Shown: in pieces, positions 1-8,540 of the stretch
Numbering within the stretch: the stretch's first letter is position 1
Layout of the letters: each line of letters begins with the position of its first letter
Assembly (NCBI GenBank): GCA_037381445.1
Contig: JARRQT010000113.1
Coordinates: 1-10,539 of the forward strand
Reading direction: 5' to 3'
DNA: 10,539 bases
Source of the DNA: Calditrichia bacterium
GTDB lineage: Bacteria; Calditrichota; Calditrichia; RBG-13-44-9
Made by a program: the position numbers and the translations under genes
The notes under the pieces: generated by a model
Seen by the model: only the letters and a program-made list of their open reading frames with translations
Told to the model about the DNA's origin: nothing
Databases searched by the model: none

Positions 1-958
1 TCCCGGTTCCAGCGGAAATCACAATATTGCCGCCAGTTCATCCACCAGGGATCAATATGCACAACGTCAGCCGGCAGATCATGCTCCTCCAAGCTGTCCA
101 GCAGCTTTTCCATGGCTGCCTGGTTACGATAGGTTCCTCCTGATGAGACCCACAAACCAAAACTCCACTTAGGAGGCAATGGTGCATGGCCGGTCAGCTC
201 TGCATAGTGCTGCAGTATTTCGGCGGGCGAAGGACCATAAATCAGATACAGATCCAGATCTTCAGATTCGATCGTGATCGTCGCACTCTGACAGGAGACC
301 ATTCCCAACTCCCAGGTGATCCTGGCGGTTGAATCAATGAAAAGTCCATCCCCCGGGTGCTCCATAAAAACGGTATATTTTTATGGGATTTTTCACTGGT
401 AGAACCCAGCGCATCCCGGGTCCAGCTGACAATCCGTTGACCCATTTTATTAAGTGGGAGGAATTTTTCTCCAAGACCATAAAGACGTTCATCCGGCCGG
501 AGATGAAAAGAGAAAGTCACTTTCCGAACGCCATTTTTATCGCGAACATATCCCAGCGGAAGGACAAAAGGACGTCCCAGTCCATCCACATCCTCCGGAT
601 TTTCACGAAATATATCCTGTTCGAAATCGTTCCCGAAAAGGATACGCCACGGTTTTGCCCGGAGCTTCAATGTCAGATTGGCGCCGGTGACCATTATTTC
701 ATCATTATTCGAAGAGAATACCGGTTTTTCATTCAGGCCGGCTGGAATTCTTGCGGGGGAATCTTCCCATTCGCCCTCCGGATTCGGGGAAAAGCGGATA
801 CGCCAGATATCCGGCGTCAGGGGATGAAACAAAACGGGAACACTTTCACCGGCAGCGGTTTCCGCCATCACCTGCAAGCGGTCTTCGCCGGGAAACCAGG
901 AATAGGCAGCTGTGATCCAATCGAAGTTTTCAGGAGCATTATGCGGGCGATTTGACAT
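1..958 (-). pseudogene. GH31 glycoside hydrolase (YicI-like alpha-xylosidase/alpha-glucosidase), 5' part; frameshifted at ~349-354 (real lesion or sequencing error), truncated by window edge
   Basis: ORF 958-242 has GH31 N-terminal motifs (ERLYGLGEKF, SHKNIPFLWSTRG). A -1 shift at CGGGGGATGGA continues without a stop to position 1 as GLFIDSTARITWELG...DLYLIYGPSPAEILQHYAELTGHAPLPPKWSFGLWVS...DLPADVVHIDPWW...CDFRWNR, typical GH31 sequence. The start overlaps the upstream gene by 20 nt. Confidence 0.85.
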
Positions 959-2087
959 TCGTATTCAGCCTCATCAGTTGATAGATTTCGTGAAGATCCG
1001 TTACCGGCCAGTCTTCTCCGGTAATCCCATTAGTTATATCTACATTTATAAATAAACCACGGGTCGTTTTGCTGGAATTGAGTATACGGGTCACGTAATC
1101 CACCATTCCCTGAAATTTTATTTCCTGGTTTAAGCCCACGCGGCATGCCAGTGGAATTTTTCCACCGAAATGCCCAATGACATCCTGGTAAGGGGCTTCA
1201 CTGGCACCGAACTCGAGGCCACGCAGCCGGTGCACCTTGTCCAGGCTGGGAAACTGGTGCGTCCAGTTGCCACAGGAATGAATATAGATACCGCCAAATT
1301 CCTCAGAGAGTTGATTCACATAAGGAATATGGAATTCATCGTGCATATCCGCCGAGATCATGACACATTCATCATTGGAGATTGAAATGCCCTTTCCGTT
1401 TGGCAGCCATGGCTGGAACATGGCAGGAACGAATTCCACGTTGTATTCTTCCACTATCTCACGCTGGGCTTTTGCAAATGCGATCGTCAGTTCGGTTACC
1501 GCCTTCATAAGAAAATGTACTTCAGCCGGGTTTGTCAGCATGGCGGTGAACAGGTTGGTATGCCCAAAGATAAGCGCGGCATTGTCGAGCGGGCCCTGGA
1601 TGTCGGTCAGGCGAATGGGGTATTTGCCTTCGGTTTTCTCTATAAAATAGCGGGTATAATCCAGAATCCGTTTAAGCTCTCCGTGATGAATGGAGGGCAT
1701 CTCCAGGTCATATATCTTCTTAGGATCGCTGCCGATCACCGGACGTGCAGAAGGAAAGTCATTATCCCACCACACCACCTCGCTCCCAAAAGCCGATGCT
1801 ATGGCGATCACGCCCAGGGACGGGCAGAGACTGGGGACATAATCCCCTTTCAGTTTCAATTGCCCTTCAATCTCCTGAAGCTGCGCCTGCAGGTATTTTT
1901 CCGGATCCAGCAAGCGGTCTTTCACTGTATCCCTGCCTTCGGTTGAAAACAGCGCGCTCTTTACGGCTTTACCTCCCTTTACCCCGGATCCGGGGTAACC
2001 GATCATAAATGCCGGCCGCTCATCATTTTCCAGATTCCAAAAGCGATTTAAAAAGGCTTTGTTTTCCCTGATGTGCTCTTTTATCAC
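939..2087 (-). CDS. UroD/MtaA-CmuA superfamily protein (putative corrinoid-dependent methyltransferase), divergent
   Basis: 382 aa; GTG start with AAGGGA Shine-Dalgarno; family motifs TDIQGPLDNAALIFG, ISISND and IYIHSCG (HxC); lacks the UroD MRQAGR catalytic motif. Confidence 0.8.
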   Translation of the reverse strand: MIKEHIRENKAFLNRFWNLENDERPAFMIGYPGSGVKGGKAVKSALFSTEGRDTVKDRLLDPEKYLQAQLQEIEGQLKLKGDYVPSLCPSLGVIAIASAFGSEVVWWDNDFPSARPVIGSDPKKIYDLEMPSIHHGELKRILDYTRYFIEKTEGKYPIRLTDIQGPLDNAALIFGHTNLFTAMLTNPAEVHFLMKAVTELTIAFAKAQREIVEEYNVEFVPAMFQPWLPNGKGISISNDECVMISADMHDEFHIPYVNQLSEEFGGIYIHSCGNWTHQFPSLDKVHRLRGLEFGASEAPYQDVIGHFGGKIPLACRVGLNQEIKFQGMVDYVTRILNSSKTTRGLFINVDITNGITGEDWPVTDLHEIYQLMRLNTNVKSPA

Positions 2088-2232
2088 TGCGATTATCCCT
2101 TTTTGTCAGTTTATAGAGACAAAGTTTCAAAATAAGGGAACGGATACACCTGTATCACCATCCTCTCCAGACACCTGGTCCAGGCAGTCCGCACTCCCAA
2201 AAGACTTTCTACCGCTATTGCGGTTTCGTTGT

Positions 2233-3387
2233 TTAATCATAGCGGCCGTATTGTTCGGCGGCTTCCATCATGGCATTGATGTTCTCCACAGGGGTTCCCG
2301 GTGGAATGTTGTTACCATCCTGGAGAATGAGTCCGCCATAGGGGCCTAGTTTTTCGATGACTACCCTGCAAGCCTGACGCACCTCCTCCGGTGTGCCGGA
2401 ATGAATTAGCATGGGATTCACATTGCCGATCAGAACCACTCTTCCGCCCATCACTTCGGCTATGGTATCCAGATCCACCTGGTATCCGAATCCCTGCAGC
2501 TCGTTTATTTGAAGATCTTCAGCAAAGGTTTTTAAGAGATGGTCAGATTTTCCACACATATGCAAACTGAGATAACCATCAAAATGGAAGCGCAGTTTCT
2601 TTTCAAACGGAAGCACCAGCTCGCGATAAGTTTCTTCGGAAAGGGAAACTGCCAGATCATCGGTCCAGGCGAAATCTTTTGGGGTCGGCAGATTTTCTTC
2701 TTCCCAACAAAAATCCAGGTATTCGATTAATTTATCGGTAACAATTCGCAGTAATTCCCTCACAAATTCAGGCCGCTCATATACCGCAGTGAATATTTCG
2801 GTGACGCCCATGAGATCGCCTGCTACGCCAAACGGCCCGTCAGAAGTGTGGGTAAGAGACGGATTTTCGCCGGGATAAAATATCTCTCCGCCCTGGAAAC
2901 GCACCGGGTACTTTTCAGCTACGGCCATCATGGCATTGCGGTATTCCACCTGTCGGGCATTCAGACCACTGTGGATAAAATCCATATCCTCCAGCCGCCT
3001 GAGATCGTCATCATTTTTAACCCAGGCAGGCCCCACCCAGGGAATATCATCATCGGGAAACACAATTTCGCACCCCAGGCTGCCGGCCTCAAAGGTATTC
3101 TGAAAGTCGGTCCAGGCACCCACCCAGGCACCGGTAATGGAATAGGCATCGGTACGGATATTTTCCATCAACCATTTCTGGGCCAGAATCTGGGTACGCA
3201 GCATGGTCTCGGGATCGCGATAATAATCCCGGAAGCGAACGCCCACCTGTGGCACCAGAAGACGGTGCGCAATTGCCGGTACCACCGGAACCCGATCCGG
3301 TTTCTCAAAGTGCTTTGCTTTCCGTATTCGCTCTTCTCTTTTGGCAATTTCTTCAGCAGGTATTTCAATTTCAATGATATCTTTCAT
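2233..3387 (-). CDS. UroD/MtaA-CmuA superfamily protein (putative corrinoid-dependent methyltransferase)
   Basis: Motifs PDRVPV, DGPFGVAGDLMG, WTDD, LHMCG, IGNVNP, GTPEEV and GGLILQDGNNIPPGTPVENINAM. ATG at 3387 preferred (GGA 7 nt upstream); TTG at 3393 is the alternative start. Confidence 0.88.
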   Translation of the reverse strand: MKDIIEIEIPAEEIAKREERIRKAKHFEKPDRVPVVPAIAHRLLVPQVGVRFRDYYRDPETMLRTQILAQKWLMENIRTDAYSITGAWVGAWTDFQNTFEAGSLGCEIVFPDDDIPWVGPAWVKNDDDLRRLEDMDFIHSGLNARQVEYRNAMMAVAEKYPVRFQGGEIFYPGENPSLTHTSDGPFGVAGDLMGVTEIFTAVYERPEFVRELLRIVTDKLIEYLDFCWEEENLPTPKDFAWTDDLAVSLSEETYRELVLPFEKKLRFHFDGYLSLHMCGKSDHLLKTFAEDLQINELQGFGYQVDLDTIAEVMGGRVVLIGNVNPMLIHSGTPEEVRQACRVVIEKLGPYGGLILQDGNNIPPGTPVENINAMMEAAEQYGRYD

Positions 3388-3425
3388 GGGCAATTCCGGC
3401 TTCTGCTTTCAGGATATCTGATAAT

Positions 3426-4589
3426 TTAATAGACACACTTTCTGGCTTCATCGGCAAAAGCTTCGATCAGTTCCGGCTGGGCATCGAAGAAATGATCGGA
3501 GGGCGAAAGAATGAACCCGCCACCTTCTCCCGCAGCTTCAAAACAGGAACGCACCGCCTGACGGGTATCCTCCGGGGTGCTGTCCTTAAAATAGTGGAAC
3601 TGATCAAATCCGCCTATCATACACACCTGATCACCGATGCGCTGCTTGGCTTCCTGCAGAATGGTGTCCCCTCCCATGGCAGGTGGCGTAAAGGTTTCCA
3701 TGGCATCCGGCTTCATACCGGCCAGCTTTTCCAAAAAGGGCATCATCCCGCCGCAGGTATGATACACCACTCGCTGGCCCATTTCCTGCGCCAGCACTGT
3801 CAGGGGACCATCATAGGGGAGTACATACTCTTCCAGTATCTGTGGCGAGATCACCGTGGAAGAGGCATCTCCGCCCCCATGTTCAATAATATCAAATCTT
3901 GCATCCTTCATCGAGCGGATGTAAATTTCCTTCCGCTCCTGCAGAATGCGAAGAAAAGTATGCAGCCATTCAGGATCGTAGAATGTCTCCATGATCAGAT
4001 TTTCTATTCCAAAGAGCACTGCCGCATCCTGCCAGCAGCCGGATTGGCCATAGACTTCAAAACCGGGTATCAGCCCTCGGACCAGACCCCGCTGTCCAAA
4101 AGCGTCAGCTTCACGGTTGACGGCTTCCACATCACAGAGTGGTGCGGGAGCATATTTGGCGATAATATCGATGTCGCTTTTTTCCTTTACCAGACGTTCA
4201 GACACCCAGGAGGTGTATTCATTACTCTGAAGCGCCATGCTGAGTGTTTTCTCCGGCGTAGCAAAGTGGTAGCGCACCGTATGATACTGCTCACCGGGGA
4301 TCTCTTCCGTTTTTACACGCCAGGTATCACTGGCCATGCGCCGGGGTTCCAAAAATCCGGGCCGGGTATGCCCGGGATCATAATAGGCGCCCTTTGAAGC
4401 ATCGGGTTTATGCAGTACCACCCAATTAATGGGATCCAGCCCAAAACGGTCAAAGAACTCCTGGTAAGAAATTCCATCCAGATATGTTTTTAAGAAATAG
4501 GGCATTACATGGTGGGTGGTCACCGGCAGACGATCGGGTATCTTCCTATCCAGAACCGTCAGAAAGCGTTCTTTGGAGGTCATGCTCAT
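3426..4589 (-). CDS. UroD/MtaA-CmuA superfamily protein (putative corrinoid-dependent methyltransferase)
   Basis: 387 aa; N-terminus MTSKERF...PDRLPV, ISPQILEEYVLPY, YHTCGG, IGGFDQ, GGGFILSPSDH; AAGGA Shine-Dalgarno. Confidence 0.88.
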   Translation of the reverse strand: MSMTSKERFLTVLDRKIPDRLPVTTHHVMPYFLKTYLDGISYQEFFDRFGLDPINWVVLHKPDASKGAYYDPGHTRPGFLEPRRMASDTWRVKTEEIPGEQYHTVRYHFATPEKTLSMALQSNEYTSWVSERLVKEKSDIDIIAKYAPAPLCDVEAVNREADAFGQRGLVRGLIPGFEVYGQSGCWQDAAVLFGIENLIMETFYDPEWLHTFLRILQERKEIYIRSMKDARFDIIEHGGGDASSTVISPQILEEYVLPYDGPLTVLAQEMGQRVVYHTCGGMMPFLEKLAGMKPDAMETFTPPAMGGDTILQEAKQRIGDQVCMIGGFDQFHYFKDSTPEDTRQAVRSCFEAAGEGGGFILSPSDHFFDAQPELIEAFADEARKCVY

Positions 4590-4685
4590 ACAACTGTTTC
4601 CTTACTGATAAAAGTTTAATTTAAACAGAACAAAGCCAGTGGGCAAAGCAATAACCGTTCAGGCCTGTTCGACAAACATACTTTC

Positions 4686-5270
<585 letters not shown>

Positions 5271-6023
5271 CTATTGATGGCGTTTTTCCTGTCTCCGACG
5301 GAAACAGTTCTTCATATCACAAATGGCACAGGGATAGCTGAGGCGCTTTACGTTTTCCCCTACACCAATGAAACCGCTCACTGATTTTACCGGCACCATC
5401 AGTGCTGATTCGGTGAGGCGGATACCCAGAAATTCGGGCGGCAACAGGGAGAAGAGTTTGTGCTGTTCAAAGACATCCCAGCCACAATATCCCGGGCTGA
5501 AACGATTGGTGATCTTCAGATTCTGTGATGCAAGCTGCTCAATTAACCGCTGTTCCAGCCAATCCGCTGCACTCTCCACGATCTCAGATCCTACGCAATC
5601 CACAACATAGCCACCAGGGAAATCCCCTTCGTTGAAGAGCTCCTTTGACCATTTATCAAATACCGCACCGGCGGTGGAGGCAAAAAGCGCTACCGTGCGG
5701 CTGTTTTTTAACTGGCGGGCAATGATCTTTCCGGTTTGAAACGTCTGCCGGCAGCAGCTCACCTGTTCCTTTTCCAGCAGAAATTGTTCGGGCGGGAGAA
5801 TCCGATATCCGGCACGAATATCCGCGACCTCGGCAGAGCGAGTAATGATCTCGGTGATTTTCTCCCGGTAAAAATCAGGCAGTGAACCGTTTTCGTATCC
5901 CATTCCCCGTTCCACAGACGCTTCATTAAAATTAAGCTCCTGCAGAGGAATCCTGAACTCCCTTACCTGCCCTGTTTCGATACCGGATAGGAAGATTTGA
6001 CTGCTTAGCGTTCTTTCTTGCAT
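5271..6023 (-). CDS. Stand-alone B12-dependent methionine synthase activation (SAM-binding) domain protein
   Basis: 250 aa; RFSPGYCGW...Q..LF.LL...GIRLTESALMVPVKSVSGFIG matches the MetH C-terminal reactivation domain (RxxxGY); C-terminal CxxCxxxxC. Confidence 0.88.
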   Translation of the reverse strand: MQERTLSSQIFLSGIETGQVREFRIPLQELNFNEASVERGMGYENGSLPDFYREKITEIITRSAEVADIRAGYRILPPEQFLLEKEQVSCCRQTFQTGKIIARQLKNSRTVALFASTAGAVFDKWSKELFNEGDFPGGYVVDCVGSEIVESAADWLEQRLIEQLASQNLKITNRFSPGYCGWDVFEQHKLFSLLPPEFLGIRLTESALMVPVKSVSGFIGVGENVKRLSYPCAICDMKNCFRRRQEKRHQ

Positions 6024-6064
6024 AATATTATTTCTGACCGCCTTTTGACTTTCATTCCAATTAT

Positions 6065-6730
6065 TTACAGAAGGTTCTCCAGGTAAGCCGGTAGTCCATG
6101 GGGAGACTGGAAATAAGCGTCAGCACCAATTTTCTTTCGGTAGTCATCGGTTACCGGTGCTCCACCAATGATGATTCTTACGTCCGGATGTTTGGATTTT
6201 ATCTCTTTGACAGATTTCTCCATATTAAGCATGGTGGTAGTGAGCAATGCGCTCATTCCGACTGGTGCTTTTGGATTTTGTGCAATAGCCTGCAAATATT
6301 TTTCAGTGGTCACATCGGTACCCAGATCGATCACCTTCCAGCCGGCTCCTTCCAGTATCATCTTGACAATATTTTTTCCGATGTCATGAAGGTCACCAGC
6401 CACAGTGCCGATGATAAAAGATCCTTTATGCTGAATTTCGCCGGAGGAGAAATAGGGTTTGAGCAGTTCGGAGGAGGCAGTCATCGCCTTGGCGGCAATC
6501 ATCAGGTCAGGTATAAAGGCCTGCCCATTCCCGAATTTATCTCCGATACGGCGCATCCCGATCATAAAACCATGAGTCAAAATTTGCTGAGGCTTGGCGC
6601 CGTTGTCCAATGCCTGTTTGGTCAATTCAACTGCGCCGGGCTGCCCTTTCATATCAGGCGGATACGGCGAAGTTTCATTGACTTTCCCCCGCTCAATACA
6701 TGTAGCTATTTTCTCAAAAATTTCATTCAT
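6065..6730 (-). CDS. Corrinoid (cobalamin-binding) methyltransferase cognate protein, MtaC/MttC-like
   Basis: 221 aa; cap domain (GMRRIGDKF..GQAFIPDLM) plus B12-binding Rossmann domain GTVAGDLHDIGKNIV, SALLTTTM, IIGGAP, IGAD; CAGGGAG Shine-Dalgarno. Confidence 0.95.
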   Translation of the reverse strand: MNEIFEKIATCIERGKVNETSPYPPDMKGQPGAVELTKQALDNGAKPQQILTHGFMIGMRRIGDKFGNGQAFIPDLMIAAKAMTASSELLKPYFSSGEIQHKGSFIIGTVAGDLHDIGKNIVKMILEGAGWKVIDLGTDVTTEKYLQAIAQNPKAPVGMSALLTTTMLNMEKSVKEIKSKHPDVRIIIGGAPVTDDYRKKIGADAYFQSPHGLPAYLENLL

Positions 6731-6843
6731 TGATAACTCCCTGTTGTAAGATACACAAAACTACTATTCGATATGCAATTCAAAGGAATCACAAAAGGCT
6801 ACGGTTATTAATACGACCGGTTGAATATTATAAGATTTCAGCA

Positions 6844-8418
6844 TCATGATCCGATCAGTCCATTAAAAATTTTGAAAGGATCAGTTTTGCCAGTTCCCGT
6901 CCTGATCCGGAGGCTAATTTCGCTGTATGCTTCTTTGATCGACAAATAAGCCTCCTTGTTTTCTGGGATTTTTCTTCTCGTCTCATCCACTTTCACAAAA
7001 GTTTGCGTTAGAGATTGAAGATCCGACTCCGAACCATTCTCCCTGGAATATGCCCATGCCGCATGAATGGCGGCACCCAGCGCAGCTCCTTCACCCTCTA
7101 CCGGCACTGTTTCAATCCCGAACACATCTGCTATGGTTTGACACCAGGCTTCGGATTTGCTGAGTCCCCCGGTCAAACGGATTTCCCGTGGTACAACCGG
7201 CATTCGGTGAAATCCATCATACAAATTAAGCACATGGCCCTCCAATACTGCCCGGCACAACACCGGCTTCTGGAAATCATTAAGACCGAATCCCCAATAT
7301 ATCGGTGATGCCTCAGGAAGATCCGGCGTCCGCTCCCCCATATACCATGGAAAAAGCAATTTGCCCTGGTTCCCGGGGGGCGTTTGATGAAGGATATCAT
7401 CGAATTCCTTATGATTGAGATTGAAGAGGTCCAGAATCTGATTATACCCATTCGCCATATTGGATACACACAACAGGGGCATAAATTTTCCTGTGCTGTC
7501 ACAAAAGGATGCGATCTCACCTTGCGGATCCACATAGGGTTCATCAGTGATTGTATAAGCTGTGCCGCTGGTTCCCAAGCTTATTGTTACAATTCCCGGC
7601 CGGATATTACCGGTTCCGATTGCACCGTACATATTGTCACCGCTGCCCGCATCGATTCGGCAATCTTCATCAAAACCATATTTTTGAACCAAATCTTTGG
7701 AAATAAATCCAATCATTTTATCAGAAGTCTGCACCGGGGAGAGTTTATCCATTAGATCCGGGGAAATCGCATTGCATACTGTTTGATTCCAATCATTTGA
7801 ACCCGGATGCCTGAGGGCCATTCCCGAGACATCACCGGGTTCCATCATCCGAATTCCGCCTTTTTTTCCGCCTGTTAAGAACCAGTTAATAAAATTATGA
7901 ACCAGAAAGAATGTAGCAGTGTTTTTCGCTGCTTCTGCTTCATGACGATAAAAATGAAGTATTTTGCCGGCAGTGTAACCCGGCCGCTGAGTATTTCCGA
8001 TTTCCGAAATCATCTTTTCCGGGCCGCCAACAGCGGCAGTTAACAAATCACACTCCTCAGCAGTAGAATAATCATTCCACAACTTGCTCCGGGATCGCGT
8101 GAGATTACCTGCAATGTCCAGGGCCACCAATCCATGCTGCTGCCCGGATACCGAAATAGCGCGGATACTCCCAATTGGAAATTTGTTTTCCACCATTCTT
8201 GAAAATAAAAGGTCGAGTGCGTCAAGCCACATATTGGGATCCGCTTCTGAAATATTCTTTTGACTCGAGAGGATTACTCCGCCGTTTGTCTGGTATTCGG
8301 GCAAGTCATGATCATAATTGATCGAATCCACATATTCGATTTTGCCTGCCCCGGTGTTAATACAGACCACTTTACAGCCTTGAGTGCTGGAATCAATTCC
8401 CAGGAATAAAGTCTTCAT
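6844..8418 (-). CDS. xylB: Xylulokinase (FGGY carbohydrate kinase)
   Basis: Motifs LGIDSSTQ, SGQQHG, LWND, GSGDN, SLGTSG, GERTP, RAVLEG, LTGG.SKS and EGAALGAA. ATG at 8418 preferred; TTG at 8433 is possible. The exact ketose substrate is not proven. Confidence 0.85.
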   Translation of the reverse strand: MKTLFLGIDSSTQGCKVVCINTGAGKIEYVDSINYDHDLPEYQTNGGVILSSQKNISEADPNMWLDALDLLFSRMVENKFPIGSIRAISVSGQQHGLVALDIAGNLTRSRSKLWNDYSTAEECDLLTAAVGGPEKMISEIGNTQRPGYTAGKILHFYRHEAEAAKNTATFFLVHNFINWFLTGGKKGGIRMMEPGDVSGMALRHPGSNDWNQTVCNAISPDLMDKLSPVQTSDKMIGFISKDLVQKYGFDEDCRIDAGSGDNMYGAIGTGNIRPGIVTISLGTSGTAYTITDEPYVDPQGEIASFCDSTGKFMPLLCVSNMANGYNQILDLFNLNHKEFDDILHQTPPGNQGKLLFPWYMGERTPDLPEASPIYWGFGLNDFQKPVLCRAVLEGHVLNLYDGFHRMPVVPREIRLTGGLSKSEAWCQTIADVFGIETVPVEGEGAALGAAIHAAWAYSRENGSESDLQSLTQTFVKVDETRRKIPENKEAYLSIKEAYSEISLRIRTGTGKTDPFKIFNGLIGS

Positions 8419-8459
8419 TCTTATTTTGTCCAATGAGTAACTTTGACAACCCTAATAAA

Positions 8460-8475
8460 ATGTTAACGATAACAT
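8460..8475. promoter_or_regulatory. LacI-family-like operator ATGTTAACGATAACAT upstream of xylB
   Basis: 16-bp near-perfect palindrome (one mismatched pair) with central CG, about 40 nt upstream of xylB; overlaps a weak minus-strand TTGATT-N15-TAACAT promoter-like sequence. Confidence 0.65.
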
Positions 8476-8505
8476 GATAAAATCAAGCATTTTTTTAGAT
8501 ATTTT

Positions 8506-8540
8506 AAAAAGCATTCTAATCACAAATAGTGACTAAAAAT
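8506..8540 (-). terminator. Possible weak intrinsic terminator after the PfkB kinase
   Basis: Minus strand TAGTCAC-TATTT-GTGATTA stem, extendable with G-U pairs, followed by GCTTTTT directly after the stop codon; AT-rich and weak. Confidence 0.3.

Noticed and set aside
241..282. CAGAT/GATC short repeats
   Set aside because: Explained by the coding sequence (TITIESEDLDLYLI) in the shifted GH31 frame; not a regular array.
242..348. C-terminal tail MDFSLIQPPGSPGSW... of the 238-aa ORF
   Set aside because: Out-of-frame read-through after the frameshift; the alternative frame carries the GH31 motifs.
3492..4397. 301-aa plus-strand ORF
   Set aside because: Antisense shadow of a well-supported UroD/MtaA gene; no recognisable motifs.
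939..4589. Annotation as hemE (uroporphyrinogen decarboxylase)
   Set aside because: No MRQAGR motif, HxC metal motif present, no tetrapyrrole genes nearby, and a corrinoid partner is in the same cluster.
5271..6730. Annotation as metH or a metH pseudogene
   Set aside because: Two intact separate genes with their own starts; no homocysteine- or folate-binding domains in the window.
6098..6733. 211-aa plus-strand ORF, and similar ORFs at 383-955, 1515-1946, 2848-3429 and 8529-8891
   Set aside because: All lie antisense to genes with clear family motifs and have no recognisable domains.
6731..6843. Cobalamin riboswitch or internal promoter before the corrinoid gene
   Set aside because: No B12-box-like sequence; the spacer is short and AT-rich; the best promoter match (TTGCAT-N19-TATCTT) has poor spacing.
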